A stretch of 63,979 bases of DNA, counting the filler, from Octopus bimaculoides (lineage: Eukaryota), in the NCBI RefSeq assembly GCF_001194135.2. It is 7 parts of 7 records of this genome, joined end to end, with 100 filler letters (N's around TTAATTAATTAA, not from the genome) between each part and the next. Parts side by side here need not be neighbours in the genome. Positions count along the whole stretch, not along the records: positions 1 to 28,344 come from NC_068985.1; 6 more parts are not named here. One strand, given 5' to 3'. The notes under the pieces were generated by a model that was not told the DNA's origin, did not search any database, and was given only the letters and a program-made list of their open reading frames with translations. The translations under genes and the position numbers were made by a program. Below are positions 1-13,990 of the stretch, one piece after another. The stretch's first letter is position 1. The number at the start of each line of letters is the position of its first letter.

Positions 1-64
1 AAATCGTCCAACCCATGCTAGCATGGAAGGCGGACGTTAAACGATGATGATGATGATGATGATG

Positions 65-118
<54 letters not shown>

Positions 119-120
119 AT

Positions 121-490
121 GTGTGTGTATGCATCTATGTGTGTGTATGCATCTATATGTGTGTATGCATCTATATGTGTGCATGCATCTGTGTGTGTAT
201 GCATCTATGTGGGTGTATGCATCTATGTGGGTGTATGCATCTATGTGGGTGTATGCATCTATGTGGGTGTATGCATCTATGTGGGTGTATGCATCTATGT
301 GTATGTATATGCATCTATGTGTGTGTATATGCATCTATGTGTGTGTATATGCATCTATGTGTGTGTATATGCATCTATGTGTGTGTATATGCATCTATGT
401 GTGTGTATATGCATCTATGTGTGTGTATGCATCTATGTGGCTGTATGCATCTGTGTGGGTGTATGCATCTATGTGGCTGTGTGCATCTAT
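121..490. repeat. 16-18 bp minisatellite (GTGTATGCATCTATGT-type), preceded by (AT)n and (GAT)n
   Basis: About 20 tandem copies are directly visible. It produces the spurious ORFs at 44-565. Confidence 0.95.
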
Positions 491-540
491 ATATATAAAA
501 ATACCAATAAGAGAACAACTAAAAACAAAAGCAATATTAC

Positions 541-615
541 CTCCTCTCTTTTAACACAGCAATAAGCCACACCAGCAACTTCAAGCAGGAATATTAAGAC
601 CAGGAATACCAAGAA
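541..615 (-). CDS. Tetraspanin exon (75 nt; TM3): FLVFLVLIFLLEVAGVAYCCVKREE
   Basis: Acceptor ctttctctcttccag| and donor gag|gtaata, phase 0/0. A 75-nt TM3 exon with the intramembrane Glu (LLEVAG) is typical of tetraspanins. It continues the 18479 exon in frame across intron 616-18478. Not in the ORF track. Confidence 0.88.
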
Positions 616-2109
616 CTGGAAGAGAGAAAGAACAAGGATTCATTTCAAAATAACATTAATAAGGAATTTTATTATGGTTACAGTAAAAATTATCTTTTCA
701 CGGGACACAACTTATAAACTAATAACTACTCCATTCATTGCTTTAACTACAAAATATAAAGCTTAGGTTTTCATTACATAACAAGTTGTTTTCATTACAT
801 AACAAAATGGTACAAGATAGGTAATTGTGACTCAATCTAAAATAAACAAATCAACTGATCTTTCAGGTTGGTATTTCATACAATCAGGAAAATTCTTGCG
901 ATTTTTATGCATGGTAGCTTGGGTAAGTGTCTTCTATTATAGGCTCTTGGGCTGACCAAAGCCTTATGAGTGGATTTGCTAGATGGAAATTAATATGGAG
1001 CACAGCACAATCCTGTCGCTCACTGAATCTGGCCAAGCTGTCCAACCTATGCTAGCATGTAAAACATTCATTGATAACGGTGGTGTGTGTGTGTATCCTC
1101 ATCATCATCATTTAATGGTGGTTTTCTGACATAGGTTGGACAGTTTAATCAGAGCTAGTAAGCAGGAAAGCTGCACCAGGTTCAGATACAAGTGCTACCA
1201 GATGAATGCTCTGCATACCAGACATTAGCAGGCTTAGGGGTCTTCAGAAGAGTATGTGCACCATTTCGGAGCCTTCCTCTTGATGACTTATTGTGCACAA
1301 GCATCACTTGTTAGATCAACTGGTTACTAGACTTCACTCAATATTTTAGCTATTACTCATTGTCTCTTTTTAACCAAATCTAGTGGCTTGCCTTCTCCAT
1401 TGTAGCCTAGATATCACTTGTGATGGCATTTGCTTTACACTGCATTAGGCCTAGCAACAACAACCATTTTAAATGAATCCTCTACATCCAACTTCAATTG
1501 GATAATTATCTGCCTTCTAGCCTGTGTCTTCATAATCCTTGAGATGTTCATAACGGTTGATCTTTTGAGTTTAAGCAGCATCCATGTTATCTTCATGAGG
1601 AACCATTAACTTGACTAGATTTACTACTTTCTTTTCCTCACACCATATGACAATATCTGGTTTCTTTGCAATTGGAATGGGGAAAATCCTTGGCACCCTG
1701 GTAAATCTGCAGCCACTGTCCAACAGCCATTCCACTTTTCATTGTTCACAAGAACTTTCTTCTTTGAATGGATCTGCTGTTCTGAATGCACAAAGACAAT
1801 GAAATCTCTGGCTGGTTTCTTTTGTGGTTTCTTGCCATTGTTGATTTGAGTAATTTGGTTCTTTGCAGCATTGAAAAGGGTCAGAAGAACCAGATTGTGT
1901 CTCTGGGTAGTGAACAGTTGGAAGAATATGTTTCGGCATTCCTACCATCTTGCATCTGCATTTATCACTCTTGGATATATTTCATCTTATCAAGTTTGCA
2001 GGCGATAGCAAGACATCATAAAATGAAAGGATAAAAACACTTAGTCATGATGCACTGCACTTTCATTCTAACATATTTTTCTCTCAACTATGTCCTCCCA
2101 TCTCGTCAT

Positions 2110-2394
2110 CTTATTTCTTTACTGCCCACAAGGGGCTACACACAGAGTGTGAGTGTGTGTGTATGTGTGTGTGAGTGCGTGTGTGTGAGTGTGTGTGAGT
2201 GTGCGTGTGTGTGTAAGGACAGACAAATGGATTGTCGATTATATCGATCCCAGTGCGTAACTGGTACTTATTTGATCAATCCCGAAAGGATGAAAGGCAA
2301 AGTCAACCTCGGCAGAATTTGAACTCAGAACGCAGCAGCAGACGAAATACCGCTAAACATTTCACCCGGCGTGCTAACGTTTCTGCCAGCTCCC
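2110..2394 (-). mobile_element. tRNA-derived SINE, family A (core gcctttcatcctttcggggtcgataaa)
   Basis: Same sequence family as the copies at 3547-3782, 5235-5453 and 59330-59558. The head contains a B-box-like GAGTTCAAATT. Confidence 0.85.
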
Positions 2395-2852
2395 ATCTTG
2401 TCATCTGTCCTTGTTGAGAACATTGAATCAATTGACACAGTTACTATAAACATCATACTTGAAAATGGCCTGAGCCAATCCGAGCCAAAACCCAAGTCGT
2501 TTCTGATCAATTTGTGTGGCACCCACCATATTTTAGTGTTTAAAACAGGATGCCTTCAATTTCTGCTTCTACATTCACTTCCTGGCTGTTTTTACATCTG
2601 GTGGATTAATGCTTTGTTCTATATCCTTCAACTCTGTTACCAGTTTATATACCTTCCCTACTTCATAAATTTCAACAACTGATATTAGTGTTCATTTCAG
2701 TGACATCCTTTTATGATAAATCTGTTGATTCACCAGAAGCAATAAATTTTGTTGGTTTCGAAATGATTAATTAATAGCTTTTATTGATACAAGCTTTAAT
2801 AATGTGTGAGTGTCTATGTGTATGTATATATGTCTACATGAATACATAATTT

Positions 2853-2917
<65 letters not shown>

Positions 2918-3546
2918 NNNNNNNNNNNNNNNNNNNNNNNNNNNNNNNNNNNNNNNNNNNNNNNNNNNNNNNNNNNNNNNNNNNNNNNNNNNNNNNNNNN
3001 NNNNNNNNNNNNNNNNNNNNNNNNNNNNNNNNNNNNNNNNNNNNNNNNNNNNNNNNNNNNNNNNNNNNNNNNNNNNNNNNNNNNNNNNNNNNNNNNNNNN
3101 NNNNNNNNNNNNNNNNNNNNNNNNNNNNNNNNNNNNNNNNNNNNNNNNNNNNNNNNNNNNNNNNNNNNNNNNNNNNNNNNNNNNNNNNNNNNNNNNNNNN
3201 NNNNNNNNNAAAAAAAAAAAAAAAAAAAAAAAAAGTTTGGATTACCAGCTGATGACCGGAAATGAATAACAGAATACTGAAAATCAGAAACTTACAGTTT
3301 TAATGTATTAAAGAATACTACACACACACATTTTACACCATTCATCAAAGGTCTGGTCCACTAAGACACCTCATCGCTATTTTAATCTCTTCCCAGCTCC
3401 ACTGAATCACTCCCACCCTCTTTCCTATAAAGAGAGTAGTCGTATAGCTCCTCTGCAGCCAGAAACCTGTTTTGCTTTCACCCCTTCTCTCAGATTTCAA
3501 CCCTTCATCTTGTGGTGTAAAGAAATCCTCTCTCGTGGTTTATAGT

Positions 3547-3782
3547 CTTATTTCTTTACTTTCCACAAGGGGCTACACACAGAGGGGACAAACAAGGATA
3601 GACAAACGGATTAAGTCAATTATATTGACCCCAGTGCATAACTGGTACTTATTTAATTGACCCCGAAAGGATGAAAGGCAAAGTCGACCTCGGCGGAATT
3701 TGAACTCAGAACGTAGTGGCAGACGAAATACCGCTGAGCATTTCGCCCGGCGTGCTAACGATTCTGCCAGTTCACTGCCTTA
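3547..3782 (-). mobile_element. tRNA-derived SINE, family A, near full length
   Basis: Reverse complement of the 59330-59558 copy at high identity. Confidence 0.88.
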
Positions 3783-3871
3783 GGGTTTATAGTCTTGTGA
3801 GCTGCATGGCACCCAGTTTACACTGTAAATCAGCTGGCAGTAGAAAGGGCATCAAACTATAGAAACCATGC

Positions 3872-4073
3872 CAAGTTCCTGGCTTTTGGTAAAAGAAAAT
3901 ACAGGAGGATCAGTTAATTATGATTTTATTCAACATGTTCCCCTTTTCAGATTCACACACTTATTGCAGCAGCCCTTCAGTTTTTCTAAGCTCTATAAAA
4001 GAACTCAGATGGATGGGCCTCCAACCAGGCTTTAAATACCCTTAAAGCCAGGAACTTTTCAGCACCCCCTTGT
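3872..4073. mobile_element. Small mariner-like MITE
   Basis: Inverted termini aagttcctggcttt and aaagccaggaacttttcagcaccccct. The left end is truncated. Confidence 0.6.
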
Positions 4074-4582
4074 TGAGTATGATGCAGTCCTTAAGTCTAT
4101 TGGATCCTGTCAAACCATCCAGCTCATACCAGTATGGAACTTGGATGCGAAATGAGGACAATGGATATATAACTGAATTCCACACAAGTCATCAAGAGAG
4201 CTTCTATGTAATTGCTTGCTATGATTGAAATATTCTTTCCACATCTTGTTCTGCATTTAATAGAATAGTGTGCTTCGTCACTGATGTGACACCTCAAATA
4301 ACATCTTACCAACTAAAAAAAAAATGAAAAAAGACCATATTAAATAATATTAGTCCTGGATGAGATGGTCATGATTGGAATGCCTTTCACAATAGGCCTG
4401 CACAATTAGAGCTGAACTTAGCTTTACAACTACATTTTAGTGAAATTTACATTCTACAAGATCTGTACTGTATAGTATAACTTCACAGTCATGATTTAAA
4501 CAGTATTTAAAATAACAATAATTAAAAATGCAATTATCATTCTTCATCTAATAAAGAAACGCTAAACAGCGTGTGTATGTAA

Positions 4583-4613
<31 letters not shown>

Positions 4614-5202
4614 GCAAAAATGCTTTTAAGATATGGAAATACCCGAAATGAAAAAAAAATTAACTTATATTGAATAAGAAGACAATCTTTAATCTTTTAA
4701 AGTTAAATAGTAGTAAAATAACCACAAAAGATAAAAGACTGATCAACCTACAACACACAAACTTCTGTCAGGATACAATACTATGGAGCAGTTATTGATT
4801 TTTTAAAGCATCAGTGACAAAGCACATTATTCTATTAAATGCAGAACAAGATGAGGAAAGAATATTATGGTTACGACTGAACAACTAATTTTATATATAA
4901 TATATATATATATATGTAAAGCTGATGCAGAACTAATAACAACGAAGTCTTATCAAATCTGAATGAAATTTAATATTCAGTTAGTCTTTAAAATTTTGTA
5001 TGGAACCATTGTGGAATGAAACCAATGAAGCTACTTTAAAATCCTATGGAACAATAGAATTGTAGACTGAGGAGATGAAGAGATAAGGCAATAGCTATTA
5101 GTTGTCATATTGTGGAGTAATTTCCATTTGAAAATGACTATCAAAATCAAAGGCAACACATTGTTCGACAGGCATTTAGTATACTTAGATAATAATAATA
5201 AC

Positions 5203-5234
<32 letters not shown>

Positions 5235-5239
<5 letters not shown>

Positions 5240-5453
5240 TTTTCTACAATAGGCACAAGGCCTCAAATTTTGGCGGGTAGGGAACTAGTCAATTACATCA
5301 ACCCCAGTGCTCAACTGGTACTTAATTTATCAACCTCAAAAGGATGAAAAGCAAGGTCAACCTCGGTGGAATTTGAACTCAGAATGTACGGACGGGCAAA
5401 ATACCATTAAGCATTTCGTCCAGCGTGTTAACAATTCTGCCAGCTCGCTGCCT
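5235..5453 (-). mobile_element. SINE family A
   Basis: Family A core and tRNA-like head, next to (AAT)n. Confidence 0.8.
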
Positions 5454-5464
5454 AATAATAAAGG

Positions 5465-6080
5465 TATAGGCATGGCTGTGTGATTAAGGAGCTGACTTTG
5501 CAACTATGTGGTTTTGGGTTCAGTCTCACTGCAAATACTTTGGGAAAGTGGGCCCAGGTTGATCAAAGCCTTGCAAGTGAATTTGTTAAATGGAAACAAT
5601 GTGGAAGCCTGGTGTGTGTGTGTGCACGCAAGTGAGTGTGTAAGTGTGTGTGAGTGAGTGAGTGAATGTGTGGGTGGGTGGGTGAGCGAGAGTGAGTGTA
5701 AGTGTGTCTGAGTGTGTGTGTGTGTGTGTGAGAGTGTGTGAGTGTGTGTATGTGAGTGTGTGTGTGAGTGTGTGTGAGCATGTGTGTGTGAATGTGTGTA
5801 TGTGAGTGTGTGTGTGTGTGAGTGTGTGAGTGTGTGTGAGCGTGTGCAAGTGTGTATGAGTGTGTGAGTGTGTGTGAGCGTGTGCAAGTGTGTGAGTGTG
5901 TGTGAGCGTGTGCAAGTGTGTGAGCGTGTGCAAGTGTGTGAGCGTGTGAAAGTGTGTGAGCGTGTGTAAGTGTGTGAGCGTGTGTAAGTGTGTGAGCGTG
6001 TGTTGCTGTATTTGTCACCCCAGCTCACCACTTGACTACCAGTGTTGTTTGTTTAGATCACCATAACTTAGTTGTTCAGC
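5465..6080 (+). mobile_element. SINE family B (tRNA head plus CORE-like ccttgggcaagtgtcttc) with an expanded internal (GT)n complex repeat
   Basis: Head gcatggctgtgtgattaag, then gatggaaac-like core, about 390 bp of GT-rich repeat (5610-6000), then the family B tail start. Confidence 0.75.
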
Positions 6081-7148
6081 AAAAGTTGATCTTTTGCTGT
6101 GATAAACTGTCCGAATGCTTCAATTATCTCTTCTCTATTTAAGAATGTTTTATTGCTTATGAAAAGCTCAAAATGCTTAAACAAGTGATGATCAGTAGGA
6201 GAGATATCAGGGGAATAGGGAGGATGTTGCAAAATCTCGTAATTCAGGCTTTGCAACTTTTGGACCGTAGCTTGAGAAGTGTGAGGACATGCATTGTCGT
6301 GGATCAAAGTTGGGCCATCTCTATTCACTAGTCTGAGTTGCTTCTTTTTCAAATTCTCATGCATACAATCAATTTCCTGGCAATATGTTGTTACCATTAC
6401 CATTTTTCCTTGTTGCAAAGATGAATAATGAATAACTCCCTTCGCAGACCACCACAGTGACCACTAACTTTTTAGGGTGCAATGGTGGGTTTGGGTAGTG
6501 TTTAGGTGACTCTCCTGCATCTAATTACTGTCTTGTTCTGCTGTTGTCAAAGAGTATTCATTTCTCATCACAAGTAATGATTTGATGCAAAAATGGTTTT
6601 TTTCCAGTCAAGAAAGCAATAATGAGCACACTTCGAGGCATCCGTTTTTTTGAATCTCATTCAGTTGATGTGAAACAAACCTATCTGTTTTCTTAACTTT
6701 TCCAATTTTTTGCAGGTGTCCAAAAACAGTTGTGCAAGATGTTTGGAGTTCTGATGAAAGTTTTTGAACCTTTATTCACAGATTTTGTTCAACCAAAGCA
6801 TTTAATCCATCATGCCGAATAACTGATTTTGGCCTACCCCTTGGCTTATTTTCAAAGCTATCATCTCCTGAACAAGAGCTTTGGAACCATCTCTGAACAG
6901 TTCTGATGTCAACAAAACCATTACCAAAGGCCCGCTTGATATTCCATGTTTGTACTCGTACAAGAAAATCACTCAACATAGTTTGGTTGTTGTCATTTTC
7001 ATAAGGTCTGTAGGTATGAATTTTGTATACCAATATTGTTGAGAATGAAAATGAGTCAAGATTAAATGCAAGGTATACATAATTGAGTTTTTAAATGACT
7101 GAAATAAGTAATTAAAAATGAGACATTTCATGTGAAACAACCTAATAT
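6080..7148 (-). mobile_element. Decayed mariner transposon (transposase pseudogene)
   Basis: Translated fragments HDNACPHTSQATVQKLQSLNYEILQHPPYSPDISPTDHHLF (mariner YSPDL motif) and RTVQRWFQ...RGRPK (HTH). TIR-like ttaggttgtttcacatgaaatg at about 7146-7125. Frameshifts are present. Confidence 0.9.
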
Positions 7149-7379
7149 TATGAAACAAGAGCACTCAGAGAATGCAAACCTCCACCAAAGCAACACCAAC
7201 ATCCTCTCAACGATTAGCCGGAGATGCTTTTGAAAATGAGAATATCTGAAATAAACTTGACTGCTCTCACAAACGAGAATACTAAAATGAACCCGACTGT
7301 TCCCAAAAATTAAGTAAAAAAACAGAAAAATAATCCAGAATCCTTGTCCGGTACAGGATCGATACCAATGGTAGTCATG

Positions 7380-7600
7380 GGATGTGAAGGTGGGTGTGCG
7401 GACCATGTTTGTAATGGGTGTGTTGTCTGCAGTGGGAACAGGGATAGTTTTCTCTATGAAGACCTTTTTTAGTTTATCCACTGATATAGTGTCTTTATGA
7501 CCATTAAGGTCTATAGTGAAAAATTTATCCATGCATGAAAGAAAACAGAAAGGACTTGCATACAGTGCTGTTAAAGGTGATTTAACAACATTGTTGCACA
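7380..7600 (-). mobile_element. Gypsy-type integrase C-terminal remnant
   Basis: PLTALYASPF...DKFFTIDLNGHKDTISVDKLK resembles the gypsy PL...Y.GPF....K.F.ID.NG....VSIDRLK motif. Confidence 0.65.
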
Positions 7601-8699
7601 CAAAAATGTGAGTCCAAGAAGTGAAGCTTCCTTCAAAGCAGAGCTAGAAATGTAATTATCAAGTAGATAAGTGATATATTCAAAATTGCTAAAAAGAAAT
7701 GCAATTGTCAAGTAGTTAAGTGGTTTTAAGCAAGAGTGATATATTCAAAATTGCTAAAAGTAAAAATTGTCGAGGAGTTAAATTTATTATTGTTACTGAA
7801 TATGTTAGTGTCATTTAATTTCGGTTAATGTTGACATTATTACCCAGAAATAAAAAAAGAAATTATGCAACGGACATAAAAAGAGGTGTAGAAAACGAAT
7901 ATGAAAACAAAAATGCTTGGAAAGCAAGGTGGTGGGGAGAGGCCTTCGGAAAATTCACAAGATCTGATGTTTTTCCAATTCGTTTCCTATACCTTTTTTT
8001 TTTTTCATTTCTGGGTAATAATGTCAACATTAACCTTAATTTCTGAACGGTTTCACTACCGTTTGTTTATGTAGTTTGATTTCTTTATCTATCAGTTTCT
8101 ACGATGATAGACAAACGAAAATAAAACTTTGGAAACCACGATGCCACCATAGCTTACTTGGAAACCATGAGAATGCTTTCCACGGAGATAATCAGAGAAA
8201 GACTTGAAAGTCCATAAGATTGTAATACTTCAAATGAAAAAAATATAACAATCCAGAATCCTTGTCCAGTACCAGATCGATCCCAAAATCTACTCAGTTC
8301 ATGCCAGTTACAAAGCCAAAGATTCCTGAAAGTTTCATCCGAATCCATCCAGTGGTTCTTGAGATATCTTGTCCACAAACAAACAAACAAACACAATTGC
8401 AAACAATACTGCTGCCTTCGCTAAGATGGAGGTAATAAACACAAGTAATTATAACAATTGTGATGTGTTTTTAGATGGTTAATAAGGACCTTCCATGTTT
8501 TAGTTTCAACATGTGGTTTCAGATTAAAAGAACATTCTTCTATACAACACTGAAAGCTATCACAAGATTTCAATTAAAAAAAAAAAAAATCTATAAAAAA
8601 AACATTTTTAAAAATGAAATTTGAAGTAGATAAAGCTACAAATAATAGCATTTAAATACTAGGTTTAAAAAAAACCCCTTATGGATAGAAAAAGTGAAA

Positions 8700-8767
8700 G
8701 GCTGCCCATGTGATTCAAACCCACATCATCTGTAAATATGACAGATGTTCTACCATTGGGCCACAGT
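8700..8767 (-). pseudogene. Degenerate tRNA-like sequence (pseudo-tRNA or orphan SINE head)
   Basis: Minus strand has A-box-like TGGCCCAATGG, a 6-bp anticodon-like stem atctgt/acagat and B-box-like GGTTTGAATC. The acceptor stem is poor. Confidence 0.35.
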
Positions 8768-10081
8768 AATGGATCAAGGTTCAGCAAAAAGAGACCAATA
8801 GAATAAGTACTAGGCTTACAAAGAATAAGTCCTGGGGTCGATATGCTTGACTAAAGGCGGTGCTCAAGCATGACCGCAGTCAAATGACAAACAAGTAAAA
8901 GAGTATTAAAAAAAATAACGTAACAGGCAATCTTTATTACAATATGGATTCAATCAAAACTTGAACTGCATTAGTCACATGGGGTGGGCAGACAAAAACA
9001 ACGTCCACCTCCCATGAAGACTGAGCCATGTCTGTGCCACACCACTTGCAACAGATCTTCACTGAGTCAGAAGAGTAGAGGAAAGGAGCAAAAGAAATAA
9101 GTTGCCAACTAGAAATTATGAGTATCTAAAAAAATTTGGGCTGATAACACACCTCATGTGACTAACGAAGGGTTTAGTTGTCTGACCACAATAGTTCAGT
9201 CTGATACTACTTTCTTTACCCAGAATTACTTCATAGAGGTCTTCTACCTCAAATCAATTTACAACCAGCCCTGCTAGTAATGATATTTCATTCACCCACC
9301 ATCACAATGTGTATTTATTGAAGAAAGAAACCAACAAATAAAGCTAGTAAAGTCAAAATTATGTAGGATGATTTAGGAATGAGAAATCATTTTGCATTCC
9401 TTTATATTCATGTGCACACACACACAAACACATACACACATACGTATGCATATATATGTATATACATTAATAAATAAGATAATAATATAGCTAGAACCAC
9501 CGACACTTTTTTCTGCAAAATAGGGGTAGTTTATCCTGTTCAGGCTATATTATTAGCATTATCCTGCGATTGAGAATTTAAAATCACTTCTTTAACTTTC
9601 TAAGACATCTCAACGCTTCTAAAAGCAAACTTCGTTTGTTTGTTTACGTTTATCGTAATTTGAATTTAAGATAATAATATGTACTAAGTTGAAATTAAAA
9701 ATTACCAAATAGTTAAAATATAATATAGTACACATAGACACACAGTAGATTGATGTCATTCATCTCTGATGCAATGTACATAACACTAGTGAATTGTGAG
9801 TACCACTCTTCTGCTGTTTAGCTTTAGGAACATCTAAGCACTACAGGGCATAATCGTAAATTAACTTTCTACAAACTAAAGAAATCCTGTTTTGATAACC
9901 CAATATCCTGCTCAGCTGTAGTGGAGACATTGTCTAAGAAATGAAAGAGGCATCAAGTTATTTTTTGTACTTAGCACTTAAGCCATGAACAGGATCAGAA
10001 ATGTATGAGACAGCAATTATAATGTTGATAAACATCTTTTGAGTAAATGGCATTTGAAAACAGTGTTAATGTTGTTCAACA

Positions 10082-10274
10082 TTAACCCTTTAACATTTAG
10101 ATTACTCTGACAAATGTATTGCTTATTTATTCATTGTTTTTAATTAATCCTCCATTATCTTTGAGATTTTGATGATCTGATAGGTGTGAGAGGCGGGATC
10201 TGGCTGGTTGGAACATAAAAACAGGTAGAATATTTGTGGGTTGCATAAAGCTGGCTTAAATGCCAAAAGGTTAA
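10082..10274. mobile_element. piggyBac-like MITE
   Basis: TTAA-ccctttaacattta ... taaatgccaaaagg-TTAA. Related copies at 50220-50430 and a 3' end at 30720-30770. Confidence 0.6.
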
Positions 10275-10700
10275 TATGATGGTAGTAAGGGGCATGAGCT
10301 GGCAGAATAGTTACCACATCAGACGATATGCTAAGTAGGATTTCTTTTAACACTTCACATTGTGAGTTCAAATACCACCAAAGGTGATTTTGATTTTCAT
10401 CCTTTCAGTGTCAGTAAAATACATATCAGCAGAGCACTGGGGTCAATGTAATCACCCAGTCTCCCCCACTTAAAACTGACTGGCCTTGAGTCAAAATCTT
10501 AAACTTAATGTAAAGGTAGTACTACTAATCAGTATGTGAAGAAACGGTGACTTCAACAATGAATAAAAATTTCTACAATAAAACTTTATGAATGAAGAAC
10601 CCAGAAAGAACAACTCAAAATAAAACAATGTCTGTGTGAAACTAGGTGGAATGCATAAAATACTAGTTAGAGAGCTTTGTCATGGGAGTACCATCAAGCA

Positions 10701-11094
10701 GTGGAGATGCAATGGCCCAGTGGTTAGGGCAGCGGACTCGCAGCCATAGGATCGTGGTTTCGAATCCCAGACCGGGCATTGTGAGTGTTTATTGAGTGAA
10801 AACACCTAAAGCTCCACGAGGCTCCGGCAGGGGATGGTCGCGAACCCTGCTGTACTCTTTCACCACAACTTTCTCTCACTCTTTCTTCCTGTTTCTGTTG
10901 TGCCTGTAATTCAAAGGGTCAGCCTTGTCACACTGTGTCACGCTGAATATCCTCGAGAACTACGTTAAGGGTACACGTGTCTGTGGAGTGCTCAGCCACT
11001 TGCACGTTAATTTCATGAACAGGCTGTTCCGTTGATCGGATCAACTGGAACCCTAGACGTCGTAAGCGACAGAGTGCCAACTACAACAACAACA
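10701..11094 (+). mobile_element. Full-length tRNA-derived SINE, family C, with (CAA)n tail and 11-bp TSD
   Basis: A box TGGCCCAGTGG, B box GGTTTCGAATCC and (CAA)n tail. TSD ACCATCAAGCA at 10690-10700 and 11095-11105. Confidence 0.9.
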
Positions 11095-11149
11095 ACCATC
11101 AAGCAACAATACTGTGGTATCAGTATTACAGGTTCCGAGTTTAATCTTT

Positions 11150-11480
11150 ATATTTTACTTGTTTCAGTCAAACTGTGGCCATGCTGATGCACAGCCTCGA
11201 AGTATTGATCCCAGTACTTTTCTTTCGTAAGCCTGGTACTTAGTCGTTTGGCAAAAGAGTCTAATAGAATAAGTTATGGAGATGTAAACACACCAACACC
11301 TGTTGTCAAGCAGTGACAAACACACACACACACACACGATGGGATTCTTTCATTTTCTGTCTACCAAATCCACTCACAAAGCTTTGGTTGGCCCAAGGCT
11401 ATAGTAGAAGACACTTGCCCAAGGTGTCACATAGTGGGACTAAACCCAGAACCATGTGGTTGGGAAACAAGCTTCAGATT
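11150..11480 (-). mobile_element. SINE family B
   Basis: Reverse complement of family B, including gacacttgcccaagg and the tail cttgtttcagtca. Confidence 0.85.
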
Positions 11481-12149
11481 GAAGACAACATAAATGTTGG
11501 AATGATAACGAAGGTGCAATCAACAATTCCAAATAATTATTAATGTTGACACCTAGGTTAGTTATGGGCCCTAAGACTCATAGGGCCAGAAATTAATCCA
11601 ATCTCTATGGCAGTTAAATGACTGGGATTATGAGATTACAACATCAGTACCTCACTTCTTTGAATGCGACACCAGCCTGTCACAGTATTAATTCCCCAGC
11701 TATTACTGGAACTCATTTACAGTTGAGTGGACTGGAGCAACGTGAAATGAAGCGTTTTACTCAGGAACACAACACACTGCTCAGACTAGGAATCAAAACC
11801 ATGATTATATAATTAGGAGTGAAACACCTGATCTACTAAGTTGCAGGTCTTTTGATGTTGATTAAAAATAAAAGCTTTTTTTTTTTTAGGAAAAAGTAAT
11901 AGCAGGTTGAAAACTAACAGAAGTCAACATTTTATGTTAAATTTTTTTATCCAGGATATTTTTTAAATTATGGTCTAAATTATGAAATAAATTTCCACAA
12001 ATTAGTGCAGCAAAGTATTTAGCAAATATAAATATGCTATAAACTGAAGAGCAGCTACTAAAACAGTTCCATCTGAACTAGTTTTCAATCTGCTATTGCT
12101 TTGTTCTGTTTATTAGAAAAATTCTTTTTTTATTTTTATTTTATTAACA

Positions 12150-12490
12150 GCATGGCTGTGTAGTTGAGAAGCTCACTTGGCAACCACATTGTTTCAGGTT
12201 CAGTCCCACTGCATGACACCTTGGACAAGTGTCGTCTACTTTAGCCTCAAGCCAAATAATGCCTTGTAAGTGAATCTGATAGAAATTGTATGGAAGCCTT
12301 GTGTGTGTTTATGTCTATCACCTCCACCACAGCTTGACAACCAGTGTTGGTTTGTTTATATTCCTGTGGCTTGGGTGTTTTAATACCAATACTTATTCTA
12401 TTGGTTCTTTTGCTAAACTGCTAAGTACTGGGGTTGATTTGTCAGATGAATACCCTTCAAGGTGGTGCCCCTGCATGGCCACAGTCCAAT
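12150..12490 (+). mobile_element. SINE family B
   Basis: Head gcatggctgtgtagttgagaag through tail ggtggtgcccctgcatggccacagtc. Confidence 0.85.
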
Positions 12491-13554
12491 AAAATATGCA
12501 AAGCATTAACCACTATCTGGAACTGCCAATTGCACCTATATGCAATTATTGATTTCTAAAGGATGTGAAATTGGTGATAATATTACAAAATTGTAATAGT
12601 ATTATTACAAAGGTGGAGGCATGCGGCTAAGTAGTTGGGATGTTGCACTCATGGTCATCAGATTGTGGTTTCAAATCCTGGGCCAGGCAATGCATTGTGT
12701 TCTTGAGCAAAACACTTCATTTCACTCAGCTGGCAAAAATGAGTAATCCTATGACAGACTCGTGACCAAACCAAGGAGAAGGTGGACACATATCCCACAG
12801 AATCTGAAAAAGTGGCCTTATGAGCCCTAGACTAACTACTAAGGCTGGGTTTTAGCTGAGGATCTTTGAACCTATGGCTGAGGAAGGACCTTTGATCTTT
12901 TTGAATACTGCAAAGATTCTCAGCTAAAACATGCAGCAAAGTGAAAGCACATAAGCAGTATATTCTACAGAGAGCTACTTATTTCATAAGAGACATAGTT
13001 AATGTCTGATGTATGTAAATACATATTAGAAGCATCTATAATTACACATCAACACATATTAAGCGACTGTAATAGAAATATAGAATTGTACTTTTCATTA
13101 AAGTTGAATTGTTAACTATTTGTGACCTCTGACGATGTTTTAGGACAACATGGATCATTTTTCAAAGAACGAATTAAATTACATACATTTTGAACTTTTA
13201 TAATAATAAAAAAAAATACTAAAGGAATGATAGAAATAAAATAACTCTACATAACTTACAAGCAATTTTGTCTATCTGACCTTTGTTTTTACCCCCTGTG
13301 AGTTGGAGATAAATACAAATCTAACAATACTGAATATAGTGACATTTTCAGATATGTTTTTTAATGAAAAAAATATATTAAATATGCATGGTCCTTCCAT
13401 GAAGATATAAGAATTGAAATACAAAAGGTCAGATGACTATTTGTATGAACAAGAATTTTACAGTACTTCAAAAACAGTCTGTAGTGTTTAAAAATTGCAT
13501 TACAATGTTTTTATTACTTTATTTTTATTACTTCATTATTACATTTTTTTCTGT

Positions 13555-13990
13555 TTTTTATCATTTCATATTGTTAAATTTGGCCAGTTAGAAATAACAT
13601 TAAAAAAATTGTTTATCATTCTATTGCCTCTTTATGTAATTGTGACCCGGTTGGATTCTTTTCACAGGATCAAATGGAGAAAGGTCACAGACGAAGAATA
13701 GCTATTTATTTCATAGTGCACTTGCCTTTTTTTTTTTTTTTGCTCTTTTTACCTTTACAAAAAAAAAAAACCATATTGAAGAATTAAGTCTACTTGTTAC
13801 GTGTTCAATGAAATAAATATAAATTAGCTATTCTTCGTCTACAATCTTTTACCATTTGACCTTGTGAAGGAAAAGAAGTCTCATCAAACTATATGAAGAT
13901 GCAACATTGATTTTCTTTGCTCTACTTTCTAATACATTCTGTTTTTTGTAATGTCTGGCCAAATTTAATAGAATGAAATGATGTAAAACA
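13555..13990. mobile_element. Old foldback/MITE with nested inverted blocks
   Basis: tcatttcatattgttaaatttggccag pairs with ctggccaaatttaatagaatgaaatga. ttcacaggatcaaatgg...gacgaagaatagcta pairs with tagctattcttcgtc...ccatttgaccttgtgaa. Confidence 0.65.

Noticed and set aside
44-565. Long ORFs over minisatellites, microsatellites and N gaps (44-565, 5504-6031, 32842-33481, 46024-46392, 48595-49767, 53181-54623 and others)
   Set aside because: They are stop-free only because of simple repeats or Ns, with dipeptide-like translations.
8700-8767. Functional tRNA gene
   Set aside because: The acceptor and T stems are poorly paired and the anticodon loop lacks U33. Kept only as a low-confidence pseudogene or SINE head.
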